Source of the DNA: a virus
Lineage: Duplodnaviria; Caudoviricetes
Virus record (IMG/VR): IMGVR_UViG_3300021516_000019
Coordinates: 1 to 24,854 of that record
Direction: 5' to 3' (one strand)
DNA: 24,854 bases
Made by a program: the position numbers and the translations under genes. Each line of letters opens with the position of its first letter. Position 1 is the first letter of the stretch. The notes beneath the pieces are model-generated. The model had not been told where the DNA came from. It saw only the letters and a list, made by a program, of their open reading frames with translations, and did not search any database. Positions 1-9,840 of the stretch are shown here, in pieces.

Positions 1-310
1 AGACATATGGGTTGGATGTTGTTGATGAAAATATAAAATTGGCAACCACATCTTTTTGTAAAACCGCTCCATCAAATGGACTATAATATCCAAAATCAAC
101 CGCAGTTTGTCTAAACAAAATTGGAATAGTTAATCCTGTTAATGTTGAACTTCCATTAGGTCCTGCAGTTAAAACTTGGGTCATACCTGAATATACTCCA
201 GTTGTTTGACCAGTATAATCTGAGTTAACATTTTCTCCTTTCATGTTAACCATAAACAAATCACCCTTAATTGTTTCGGGGGATATTATAATATTATATA
301 AATCTTCCAT
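1..310 (-). CDS. Hypothetical protein, probably virion structural; partial (3' end beyond the window)
   Basis: Not in the ORF track. ATG at 310-308 overlaps the upstream TAA (TAATG). The frame stays open for 103 codons to the edge: MEDLYNIIISPETIKGDLFMVNMKGENVNSDYTGQTTGVYSGMTQVLTAGPNGSSTLTGLTIPILFRQTAVDFGYYSPFDGAVLQKDVVANFIFSSTTSNPYV. Confidence 0.85.
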   Translation of the reverse strand, partial: MEDLYNIIISPETIKGDLFMVNMKGENVNSDYTGQTTGVYSGMTQVLTAGPNGSSTLTGLTIPILFRQTAVDFGYYSPFDGAVLQKDVVANFIFSSTTSNPYV

Positions 311-1125
311 TATGGGTTAACATATTCATACCATTTTATGGGTAACGCCGCCCCAGCTCTTTGACCGTCATTAAGATAGATTGATTGATTTGGATTCATG
401 TTGAATACTTGGTAGTCATGTTTCTCATAATTCAATTCAACTCGATAATAAAAATATTGTGAACTATCGAATGAATATTTATTTCCTGAAATCGATGATT
501 GTGGCATATTCGCCATCTTAACAAAATATCCTTTTTTTGCATCATAGAATTTTGCTGTCATAAAGAATGTGTTAATATCCAAGAATGTTCTTTTCTTTAA
601 CCAATAGATAAAAAACCCTTCTTTATCTCCAACATAATCCAAGACAAAATATGGTTTCTTAATACTAACAAGAGTTGTTTGCATAAATGCATCCATCTTC
701 AATCCTTGTTGTGTTGGTATAATAATTGTTACATAGTTTTTCTGTCTTTTACTATCCACATTATCATATAAGTCCAATTTAAAAAATGAATTGGTAAAAT
801 TATTTGTATAATAAAAAATATCCTGTGTTGTAAATCCTTCCATCAAATAGTCAGACCTCCAATTCGTACTATCATTCAAAGAACCTCCTGAATAAAAGTT
901 AAATTCATATTTAATATCTGTTGGTTCAGTTGTTGTACCCGTTAAAGGTGCGTGAGCAAATCGAGTAACCTCAAAGTCTCTACCCTTACCAATAACTTCA
1001 TTAATAATCTCACCTTCATATTCATCAATACTTTGGTCCAACCCAACATAGTCCCAAGTAAATTGAACTGGGATTGTAAGTTGTCTATCAACGAAACCGT
1101 CTTTACGAATTGTTAATTTATTCAC
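310..1125 (-). CDS. Hypothetical protein (~271 aa), probable virion/baseplate-module protein
   Basis: Long ORF in the structural operon, rich in aromatic residues, Asn and Thr. Start placed at GTG 1125-1123 by analogy with the identical GTGAATAA overlap at 2799-2806. ATG at 1131 and the track start at 1134 are alternatives. Confidence 0.8.
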   Translation of the reverse strand: MNKLTIRKDGFVDRQLTIPVQFTWDYVGLDQSIDEYEGEIINEVIGKGRDFEVTRFAHAPLTGTTTEPTDIKYEFNFYSGGSLNDSTNWRSDYLMEGFTTQDIFYYTNNFTNSFFKLDLYDNVDSKRQKNYVTIIIPTQQGLKMDAFMQTTLVSIKKPYFVLDYVGDKEGFFIYWLKKRTFLDINTFFMTAKFYDAKKGYFVKMANMPQSSISGNKYSFDSSQYFYYRVELNYEKHDYQVFNMNPNQSIYLNDGQRAGAALPIKWYEYVNP

Positions 1126-2806
1126 ACTCATCAAATAATGGTTTTACAGGGTATTGAACACCAACGGTATTGTAGTTTATTCCTTCAGGTATTAACCTAA
1201 AGATGGCTTCTTTATATGGGTATTGAGCACTATTCAAAAATGGATAATCAACACCTCTTTCAAGATTGTCTTTAAACCCATAAGTATATAGGTCTCTCCA
1301 TCTAAATTGTTGGTCCGAAGAAGAATAAAAAGAATAGGATGGTATATTATCAACTTGCCCAACATTTGCACTTTCAACGTAATCAGAGAAAACCCTGATT
1401 GTCATCGACGTGTGGGGCTCATAGTAAAACCCTGGAGCGTTAGTGGAATAAGTATTGGTCGTTTGAAAAACATTTTGATTGTAATTTAGTTTTTGATAAT
1501 ATGGTGACACAACTCTTTCAAATTGTTCATAGTCATTCCATTCACAAAAATCCCCATCAATGGTATCACCTGACATCAAATCTTGATTATAATAAAATGT
1601 TTTGGTTGCACCATTTGTTAGTGTATAATTTGACGTTTGAATATTTGTATCCGAGTTATTATTAAGTAAATCCCACCAATAACTTATTGGTGACGTTAAG
1701 TTAAATTCCCAACCTTGTTTTAATCCAATACCATTATTTGGTTGATTAAAATAACCTGTATATCCTTTATTAATAATTGTTAAAAATAATTCACTAACAG
1801 GTCTTTTTTGATTATCTAAAATACCATTTAAATTCAAATCATAATTAACTGTAACATTATAAGAGTTACTACTTGTTTTTTGAGATACTCTTGAAATTTT
1901 GTTTGGTGTTATTGAACTGTATTCAAATTTCTTTTCTTCATTAAAAACATTTTTTTCAAAACCGTTTTTAGTCATGATACAACCATCAACATTGGTTAAA
2001 ATTTTATGTTCCCTAATATAATATTTTGATTTTGTTTCTACCAAATTATCGGGGTTAATAACCCTTTTAAAAGTCCCTGTAACACTATTAGCAAAAGTGG
2101 TACCAGTGTATCCATAATTATATATGTTGAAAATATTACTATCACTATCAAATTCATCATTACCTAATGAATAAACTTGAAATAAATTTGTTTGATTATA
2201 GAAAAAAGATAATTCAACATATTCACCAACGGTTAATCCGTGTGGTGCAACACATTGAAATCTAATAACATTACTTCCGTTTTCTGTTCCATTAATAATT
2301 GAAAATGGTATTCCTTCCGATGCAATCCAATTATGTGAACTATTGTTTAAATCATACGATAATTTTTTATCATAGTTGTTACTATAAGCATAACTTATAT
2401 AATAAGTCCAATTGTATGTGTAAGCACTTTTTGCCTGATATAAAATATGTTGGTCATTAATATATGGTCTATAAAAATCAAACTCATAATATTGGGGATA
2501 ACCTTTCCATATACCACTAACTGAAGATTGTTCTGGCTCAACATAATATAAAGTATTTTGAAATGGTCTATATCGAGTTGTTCCCGTATATGTATTACCA
2601 TATAAATAATTAACTTTAAAGGTTGGTCTAAAGATAGTACTACTTTGTCTTTCATCATCATATACTTGAGCCAAACTAATACTTTGACTTCGGTCATATT
2701 CAACCATTTGTTGACTTTGTTGTTCTAAAGTAACACTAATTTCTTGGTCGACAAAAGGCGCTGATTTGTATTCTTGACTACTTGGTATGATGGTATACTT
2801 ATTCAC
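1118..2806 (-). CDS. Hypothetical protein (562 aa), probable virion/baseplate-module protein
   Basis: Long ORF with a GTG start overlapping the upstream stop by 8 nt. Tyr/Asn/Thr-rich, beta-type composition. The segment 'HGLTVGEYVEL' resembles small beta-barrel modules seen in phage structural proteins. Function is inferred from context only. Confidence 0.8.
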   Translation of the reverse strand: MNKYTIIPSSQEYKSAPFVDQEISVTLEQQSQQMVEYDRSQSISLAQVYDDERQSSTIFRPTFKVNYLYGNTYTGTTRYRPFQNTLYYVEPEQSSVSGIWKGYPQYYEFDFYRPYINDQHILYQAKSAYTYNWTYYISYAYSNNYDKKLSYDLNNSSHNWIASEGIPFSIINGTENGSNVIRFQCVAPHGLTVGEYVELSFFYNQTNLFQVYSLGNDEFDSDSNIFNIYNYGYTGTTFANSVTGTFKRVINPDNLVETKSKYYIREHKILTNVDGCIMTKNGFEKNVFNEEKKFEYSSITPNKISRVSQKTSSNSYNVTVNYDLNLNGILDNQKRPVSELFLTIINKGYTGYFNQPNNGIGLKQGWEFNLTSPISYWWDLLNNNSDTNIQTSNYTLTNGATKTFYYNQDLMSGDTIDGDFCEWNDYEQFERVVSPYYQKLNYNQNVFQTTNTYSTNAPGFYYEPHTSMTIRVFSDYVESANVGQVDNIPSYSFYSSSDQQFRWRDLYTYGFKDNLERGVDYPFLNSAQYPYKEAIFRLIPEGINYNTVGVQYPVKPLFDECE

Positions 2807-5800
2807 CTACAGAATATTTTGTTTTAAATTTATCTAATGCAGTTTCACCTTTAATTATTCCAAAATAAAAATGGAATGGTGCACTTACTAAAAATCTACT
2901 GGAAGGTACTCCCGCCATACTATATGAATGAGTACCATTAGAATCTACATTAAAGATATATCCTCTCTCATATAAATCACTTGTGATATTTGAATTCACA
3001 AAATATGTTGGTGAATTGATATTTCTTCTATCTAATGATTGATACTTGTAACCAAAAATACCTGAAAGATTAATGTCTTGGGATTGATTAGTTTTCCAAT
3101 TATTCTTTTCACTACCAAAGATAGACGCTGTTGAAGGTTGACTTAATTCCCATTGATAGAATGGTACGTATTGAGATTTAATCCCATATGGATAAGTTAT
3201 CGCATTTGCATTATTTGATGGTCTAAAATCAATAACTCCAGGTGTTAAATAATCTTTGTTTTGTAAATCTACCGTTGTTGATGAAAAGAAAACACCCATT
3301 GTTGGATTATCTAATCCACCTAAAATAACCACAGGGTCACTACTTGTACCATAAACACTATAATATTCAGGTGAGAAGGGAATTACACCATATTCGGAGT
3401 TAATTGACATAATTTGAGCTAAATCCCCATCAATTCTTTTTTCAGGTCGGGTAAACAATTGGTTTAATCCATTATTTCCCGCAGTAACAATTTGGGCTAA
3501 GAACCCTTCATCAGTAATTCTAGATATAACAAATAAATTAACCAAGTCAGAAGTATCAGAATAACTTGTCGGATTTAAAGTATTCATGATATATCCTTTA
3601 GCCGATGGGTCAAAAATAATTTCATTATAAAAATCATCTTTAATTCCTAAATTAATAATAGTTGTTGGGAATAACAAATTTCTTTGGTTAACAGGTTTTA
3701 CTAATGGTGCTCCATACTGATTTGTATTTGGTCTTCCAATAAATCTTTGACTTGTTGAACCAGAAAAATATGGGGAACTTCTATAATAGAAGTTATTTGT
3801 TTTGTCGTCAAAATAAACTAACTCTTTTGCAAATTTTGGCGGTAATGGTTTATTATTACTATCAAAAAATGTATCTACTTGTATTGGAAAAGTATACAAA
3901 GAACCGTTAACCCAATTATTAGTAAATGTTTGAGACAAAACTCCACGACATAAACCATAAAAAAATCTAAATCTATATCCCCACTCTCCAAACGCCGCTA
4001 AATCTTTACCCAAATCTTTCATTGCATGAACCATAAACACATAACAACCATTCTCAACTGAATCACTATTTTGACAATTTGTTGATACTCCAAAATTTAC
4101 ACCATTACCACTATAACAATTAAGGCCAACCATTTTTTCGCACACACTTAAAGTTTCTACGACATTAACGCTTGCAAGTTGTCCTTCAATGTCCGCAGTG
4201 GCTTGTGATGCTCCTGTTGAGAATCCATTAATAGTATCAACATTACCAAAACTATTAAATCGATAAGTTGCAAATCCAAGATTTTGTTGTAGTAAACTAA
4301 CATTATTATTTACATCACTTGTATCAATGTAACTTGATGATGGTAATCTATCTGTTCTCATGATTGGTTTATTAGAATCAGTGATACTAAGAGCATTTGA
4401 ACCTGTTAATGTCGGGTACAATATTGGACTAAAATAAGCTTGCGCAACAGTGCCAATATATGCCCCAACATGAGCATCACAAAACCCAAAAGTACAATTA
4501 ACACAAACTAAACTATTATAATATGATGGAATATTTGTTGTTAAAATTGCTCCTCCCGATAAATCTTCTGCGGCATCGTACATTAAATCACTTGTGGTTG
4601 ATAAATAATAACCATTATAAGTTTTAGTACTAACACCTTTTCTTAAATTTGGATAAGTTGGTGTTTTATTAACAAAACCTATAGAATTATAAGTACCTGT
4701 TGGGGCTACAACTATTCTATTTGATGGTACTGAATCTAATGACCCATAATATCCAACATTACTTGTTGTATATGCAGAATATTGAAATCCAGGTGTTGTT
4801 GAGCCAACGACTCCTGGTGTGTAAAAATGAGACTGAGTGTAAATATTATTTTGATTAGTATGTTGTTGTACGGATGTTGTTGTAGTTGTCTCAATTTTTT
4901 GTATTGGAGTATTAAGTCTTGTTGATGCCGTAAATGTCCAATTTGGGTCATTTTCATTAGTCCCCAATATTTTACCAATACCATATTGATTAGTAAGTAA
5001 TGGCGAATATGGGTCAACACCTCTTTGTAATATTAATATTTTTTGTTCCGTTACATCTGAAAAATAATTAATTGGTTTTCTAGTATAAGGTGTTATCGCC
5101 TGTTGAAAGGAACTTTTAAGGAAATCTCCGTTTTTAGTCCATCCATTGTTAGCAGAACTAAAAGTACAATTAACATCTTCTAAAAATCTCCAAGCACTTA
5201 AAGTAACCGATTTATTTAATAATCCACTCCAAAAACCATCAACACTTCCTGAATTTGGGACAGAATATTGAGTAACCCCATTAACAACACTTGAGGTAAT
5301 GGTAATTGCGGTTAATACTTGGTAATATTCAATATCTGAAGGAAATATATATCTTTGACAAGTGTCTCCACTACTAATTAAATTAAAATCCGCAGTACCA
5401 CCTAAAGTACTTATGTTAATACAATTAACGTCATTTATAGTTTGCACCCCTAATGTTGTTGCACTATAAATAACTCCAAGTGTATTACAATCATAATAAC
5501 TAATCACACCCAAACTAGTTACATCAACAGTAACACTATCAACACATGGTAGGCTAGCAGATGGTGGTATAATATATGGGACCAATATTTCATTATTTTG
5601 ATTGTTTGGGTCAGCATACTTAACGTTTACATTAAATTGATTAGTTTTTATTGTACCATTAATACCCTTAAGAGTTGTCGCTCCATTAGTGGTTAATCCT
5701 GACCATAAATAATTTGGGTCTTTTGTTGTTAATGGGTTAACGAAAGATAATAAAGTTCCTGGTTCTAAATCTTGAGTCGATAATACAGTTAAAGTATTGT

Positions 5801-7904
5801 CATAGTGATGTGTTGAATTTGCATCTGAGGCGAATGTTACTTTTATTTTATTAACTCCTTGAAAATATTTATTTCTTGTGTTAAAAATATTAATCCTTTC
5901 CCCTATTGGTAAATTATCACTTGAAACATAATATTTACCCCCATCAACAACATAATATCCATTACTATCTATGGTTGGTAATCCAAAATTTTGAGTTCCT
6001 GGAAATATAGTTTGGTCACTAAGTGCCGTTTTAAACACATTAGGTAATGAAGGATTACTATTTCTTCCTGCCATAGCTTGAGCTTCCATTAAAGCCCACC
6101 TTGCATTTACCTCATAATTAGTACTTCCATTTTTTTCGTAATAAGTAATTAAGTTTTCAATATATAACGATGGATTAGAAACTTGAGATAAAAGACCAGG
6201 ACTTGGTACGTCTGCAACTGCTTGATAAATGTCTATTGTTCCACAGTCACAAGCTTGACAATCAGGATAAGTAATCATTGGTAATTTAAACGATGGAAAT
6301 CTAAATTCTAAACCCAATAAATATGCAATTTTATCCCATATCCAAGCAATTAAATGATAAACTATTAATAATACTAAACCAACAATTTGTATTATTTGTA
6401 ATATAATAGCAAAAAGAAAATAAATTAAATCAAAATTTCTAAATCCTTCATTTACAGGGAACTTATTAATAGTACTTTCACATTCTTGGCTATCAATTTC
6501 TTTAATACCAATAAATCTACCCCTACCACCATTTTTAAATTCATCGATTAATCCTGAAACAGTATAAACTTTATTAAAGTCAAATTGATAAAACGTATCA
6601 TCACAATTTATTGCTGCTTGTGTGTTTGTATAACCAGTCCAATCTAAACCAAAATAATAAGAACCAGCTAACTTCGTATTTAAAGATGGTGTTGCAACCG
6701 AATTAGGGTCTTGAAATGAATTTGACCACCCGTATTCTCTAACATTAGGAACTAAAAAATATGGTCTTCTTACTTGTTCCGTTAATGCTGCGGGTTGTTG
6801 CCATTTAATTTTAAAACGATATTTTGCCTTTGTCGGTATACCAATTGTTGGGTCGTTTGAAATAACTTTTTCACCAAATTCATTTGTTATATAATAATCC
6901 AAATTCATTGGTAATTCTGTTAACCAAACTCCTGTTCCGTCAATAATATTACCCGATTGTTCTAATTTATATTCCTCTAATATTGGATTACCTGTGGTAT
7001 CTTGTTGTATTGTTTGTCGTATTGCAAGTATTTGTCCAGGTCCCGTAGTTAAAGAACACAAATTACCCATATCATCTTTTGGTCTTGCATTTTTTCTAAC
7101 CCTAAAACCATCAGGTGTAGAATAAATTGAACCCATAAAAACTGAAGTAGGTTGTATATTAACATTTGCATCATCTCTTAAATCAAAATCAAGTCGATTT
7201 ATTGCAATATCACAAATGTCAGGCTCACCCCAAAGTGGTGAAATTTCTAAACTTTTAACTAAATTAATAATTTGAGGTAATGAATTTATATCGTTTGAAC
7301 TTCTAAATCTATTTCCCGCAACTTGTCCTTCAGTTGCCAATCCCATTCTAATTAAATCTTGAGGAGTTAATGAAAACTCACCAATATCAGATAAATCAAC
7401 ATCCATCACAACGGTTTGATACCCTAAAGGTACCCCCATTATCATGTAATCACCACTTTCATTTGTTTTGGCGGTGAACTTATAATATTTGTCATAGATT
7501 TCAACTGCGGTTGTTCCTGTCAAAGCATCTAACCTTGATGGGAATGTTCCTGTGGCTGCGTGAACTGAATAAGATTTTTCGTAAGGTAATAAATTATACC
7601 TGTACCCATCTTCATTTTTATCTGTTGGAGATTTGTAAGGGTATATACTTGATATTAATGGGTTGGATTCGTCAACATTAGTTATAGGTATGAATATAGA
7701 TACTCTCGCATTAGGTAAACCAAACCCGTTATTGGCGGTAACCCTACCTACAATAACACCATAATCCGCACAACTTCTAGTATAAACATCTTCTTGTTGT
7801 AACTTTAAAGATAAAATCTCTAACTGTTCAAACTCTTGGTCTAATTGTACGTTGATTGTTTTGTTAACTCCTAATTCAGTCCTTATTCTATATGATTGAC
7901 CCAT
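2799..7904 (-). CDS. Large (1701 aa) putative baseplate/tail-associated protein: N-terminal carboxypeptidase-regulatory-like beta-sandwich motif, internal hydrophobic segment, CxxCxC
   Basis: Uninterrupted 5.1-kb ORF directly after the gp6-like gene. 'YGVIVGRVTANNGFGLPNARVSIFIP...TAKTNESGDYMIMGVPLGYQTV' fits the CarboxypepD_reg-like pattern. Hydrophobic stretch at aa ~491-534; CQACDC at aa 549-554. Confidence 0.75.
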   Translation of the reverse strand: MGQSYRIRTELGVNKTINVQLDQEFEQLEILSLKLQQEDVYTRSCADYGVIVGRVTANNGFGLPNARVSIFIPITNVDESNPLISSIYPYKSPTDKNEDGYRYNLLPYEKSYSVHAATGTFPSRLDALTGTTAVEIYDKYYKFTAKTNESGDYMIMGVPLGYQTVVMDVDLSDIGEFSLTPQDLIRMGLATEGQVAGNRFRSSNDINSLPQIINLVKSLEISPLWGEPDICDIAINRLDFDLRDDANVNIQPTSVFMGSIYSTPDGFRVRKNARPKDDMGNLCSLTTGPGQILAIRQTIQQDTTGNPILEEYKLEQSGNIIDGTGVWLTELPMNLDYYITNEFGEKVISNDPTIGIPTKAKYRFKIKWQQPAALTEQVRRPYFLVPNVREYGWSNSFQDPNSVATPSLNTKLAGSYYFGLDWTGYTNTQAAINCDDTFYQFDFNKVYTVSGLIDEFKNGGRGRFIGIKEIDSQECESTINKFPVNEGFRNFDLIYFLFAIILQIIQIVGLVLLIVYHLIAWIWDKIAYLLGLEFRFPSFKLPMITYPDCQACDCGTIDIYQAVADVPSPGLLSQVSNPSLYIENLITYYEKNGSTNYEVNARWALMEAQAMAGRNSNPSLPNVFKTALSDQTIFPGTQNFGLPTIDSNGYYVVDGGKYYVSSDNLPIGERINIFNTRNKYFQGVNKIKVTFASDANSTHHYDNTLTVLSTQDLEPGTLLSFVNPLTTKDPNYLWSGLTTNGATTLKGINGTIKTNQFNVNVKYADPNNQNNEILVPYIIPPSASLPCVDSVTVDVTSLGVISYYDCNTLGVIYSATTLGVQTINDVNCINISTLGGTADFNLISSGDTCQRYIFPSDIEYYQVLTAITITSSVVNGVTQYSVPNSGSVDGFWSGLLNKSVTLSAWRFLEDVNCTFSSANNGWTKNGDFLKSSFQQAITPYTRKPINYFSDVTEQKILILQRGVDPYSPLLTNQYGIGKILGTNENDPNWTFTASTRLNTPIQKIETTTTTSVQQHTNQNNIYTQSHFYTPGVVGSTTPGFQYSAYTTSNVGYYGSLDSVPSNRIVVAPTGTYNSIGFVNKTPTYPNLRKGVSTKTYNGYYLSTTSDLMYDAAEDLSGGAILTTNIPSYYNSLVCVNCTFGFCDAHVGAYIGTVAQAYFSPILYPTLTGSNALSITDSNKPIMRTDRLPSSSYIDTSDVNNNVSLLQQNLGFATYRFNSFGNVDTINGFSTGASQATADIEGQLASVNVVETLSVCEKMVGLNCYSGNGVNFGVSTNCQNSDSVENGCYVFMVHAMKDLGKDLAAFGEWGYRFRFFYGLCRGVLSQTFTNNWVNGSLYTFPIQVDTFFDSNNKPLPPKFAKELVYFDDKTNNFYYRSSPYFSGSTSQRFIGRPNTNQYGAPLVKPVNQRNLLFPTTIINLGIKDDFYNEIIFDPSAKGYIMNTLNPTSYSDTSDLVNLFVISRITDEGFLAQIVTAGNNGLNQLFTRPEKRIDGDLAQIMSINSEYGVIPFSPEYYSVYGTSSDPVVILGGLDNPTMGVFFSSTTVDLQNKDYLTPGVIDFRPSNNANAITYPYGIKSQYVPFYQWELSQPSTASIFGSEKNNWKTNQSQDINLSGIFGYKYQSLDRRNINSPTYFVNSNITSDLYERGYIFNVDSNGTHSYSMAGVPSSRFLVSAPFHFYFGIIKGETALDKFKTKYSVGE

Positions 7905-7929
7905 TAATATCTTTAATTAATAAATAGTT

Positions 7930-7959
7930 TATGTGGGATTTTTAAAGTGAACCCACACA
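7930..7959 (-). other. Intergenic stem-loop (possible weak terminator or processing site)
   Basis: The minus-strand RNA UGUGUGGG...CCCACAUA can pair (core TGTGGG 7932-7937 / CCCACA 7952-7957). No clear U-tract follows. Confidence 0.4.
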
Positions 7960-7996
7960 ATTAAATAATAATCTAAAGAAAAAATAAATAAACTTG

Positions 7997-9835
7997 TTAA
8001 GAGAAAGTAATTGATTGGAAATTCTTAACTGAAACTCTAACGTCTTTACCTGGATATCTAATCTGATAAACTTGTGATGGTTGAGCAAATATTGTATCAT
8101 CAACAGGTCCAATAAGTTTTAATGCTGGGTCTGAATACTCCATAGATGTTTCTGCCGATGAATACTGACCTCCAACTTCATTGAATACATCCAAAGTAGA
8201 AACGGTTAACACTCCATTTGTATTTTGAATAATACTTCTAAGTTCAGATAAATAAACGTTCTGTCCTAATTGTCTTACTTGAGGGTTAAAATATGTTGAT
8301 ACTTTATCAATCACACTTGAAATAACTTGTCCTGAATTTTGTGCAGAGTCTAAAACAATTGCAACATCAACACTTAAATCAATAACCTGGGCACTAAATA
8401 TTGAAATATAATCATTCATCATTCGATAATTTGATAGATAATTTGCGATGTTTTGTCTTAATGTGTTTGATACCATATTGGTTAACTTACCAGACGTATC
8501 GTATGATAATATTTGAATTAAAATCTTATTGTTATTTTCTGTAATAGATACTTTTGCAGGTGCTCCAAACTGAGCTGGCATGTTTCTAATAATTGATTCG
8601 TAATCTTGTACGGTAACCGCTCTCTTTTGAGCTGAGAAGTTAAAGGATACATAGTTTCTAATTTCCTCTAATGATGGAATACCCGCCCCGCCTACAGCGG
8701 CAGTTACGTTAACACACCTTAATGAGTTCACCACAGAAGAGTTTGTTGTCTCTGAAGGTCCATTAACAAAGAATGAAACCGTACCAATTTGATTAATTAC
8801 ATTAGTTCCTAAGTTACTTCCTAATCCACCACCAACTCTATATTGTACAAACAATGTTGAGTTTGGTGTTAATGTTGTACCTAATGAGAAATTGTTTGAA
8901 TATTTTTGAAGGTCTAATGTAGTACCTAAAGTTGTAAATTGATTCAATTGGTCTTGAGCTGTATTAGTACCCCCACCAAATGTCATTTTCTTAAATCCTT
9001 CAGGAGTATATTCGGTAATAAATCTATCTTGAGTTTGAATATATCTACCTACTTTAATACCAGGTTGGTCAGAAACTTTTGTTGGGTCTTCAATGAATAC
9101 TCTGTCTTCAGCCAACGCATCAACTTCATACCATCTATTATCTACCCCTAAGAATTCTGCGGTTGTTGGTGTATTTGTATATTGAGTACCGTTCTTTAAT
9201 AACACACTTGTAATACCCAAAACATTTTTTTCAGGTAAAAACATTTCAAAGAAAGGTTTAACATCATTTGCTCCAATAACTCTTTTGAATACTTTTGTAA
9301 CACCATTTACAACAACTTCCCTTTTTGTAATCGTATAATTAATTAAAACATTATTAGCATTAAAGTTTGGAATCTTTAATCTATTTGGTGCTCCTTGAGA
9401 ATTGTACGGAGATGCAAAATCAATGTCATAAACATTTTCAAATACAACTCCAGCCCCAACAACTTGTGAACCTCTTAATAAAGTACCAAGATATCTTTCA
9501 TCTTCTTTATCTCCAAAAGCAGGAACCGTAATTGAGAAATCAACTAAAGCAACCGATGGTCTTTGACCAGGTAATTTTAATCCATAGGTTCTGGCAATAT
9601 TGTAAATTGACGACCTTTGTTGTGCATATTGTAATACGGTCTCTTGAATACTTCTATCAATATTATAATGTAAGTTGTCCGCAATTGCAGCATTTAAATC
9701 AATAAACACAGAGAATACAGATGCATCATTAAAGTCTTGGATTAAATCAGGGTAGTATGTTTTTGCATAATTTAAGAGTTCTGTCCTGATTGACTGATAA
9801 TCTCTAGTTGCATATGATATTCTATTATTTGCCAT
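7997..9835 (-). CDS. Baseplate wedge protein, T4 gp6 / baseplate-J-like (612 aa)
   Basis: N-terminal 'YATRDYQSIRTELLNY...DFNDAS...AQQRSSIYNIARTYGLK', central 'YRVGGG..SN', and 'GGAG..SLEEIR...AQKRAVTVQDY' are characteristic gp6/baseplate-J motifs. Adjacent to a gp25-like gene. Confidence 0.9.
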   Translation of the reverse strand: MANNRISYATRDYQSIRTELLNYAKTYYPDLIQDFNDASVFSVFIDLNAAIADNLHYNIDRSIQETVLQYAQQRSSIYNIARTYGLKLPGQRPSVALVDFSITVPAFGDKEDERYLGTLLRGSQVVGAGVVFENVYDIDFASPYNSQGAPNRLKIPNFNANNVLINYTITKREVVVNGVTKVFKRVIGANDVKPFFEMFLPEKNVLGITSVLLKNGTQYTNTPTTAEFLGVDNRWYEVDALAEDRVFIEDPTKVSDQPGIKVGRYIQTQDRFITEYTPEGFKKMTFGGGTNTAQDQLNQFTTLGTTLDLQKYSNNFSLGTTLTPNSTLFVQYRVGGGLGSNLGTNVINQIGTVSFFVNGPSETTNSSVVNSLRCVNVTAAVGGAGIPSLEEIRNYVSFNFSAQKRAVTVQDYESIIRNMPAQFGAPAKVSITENNNKILIQILSYDTSGKLTNMVSNTLRQNIANYLSNYRMMNDYISIFSAQVIDLSVDVAIVLDSAQNSGQVISSVIDKVSTYFNPQVRQLGQNVYLSELRSIIQNTNGVLTVSTLDVFNEVGGQYSSAETSMEYSDPALKLIGPVDDTIFAQPSQVYQIRYPGKDVRVSVKNFQSITFS

Positions 9836-9840
9836 TTCTA

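Noticed and set aside
4488-5175. Exact 16-bp repeat AAAAGTACAATTAACA (4488-4503 and 5160-5175; VNCTF twice), considered as a DGR TR/VR pair or recombination site
   Set aside because: Too short, no adenine-specific mismatch tract around it, and no reverse transcriptase or recombinase in the window. One such match is plausible by chance in 25 kb of AT-rich DNA.
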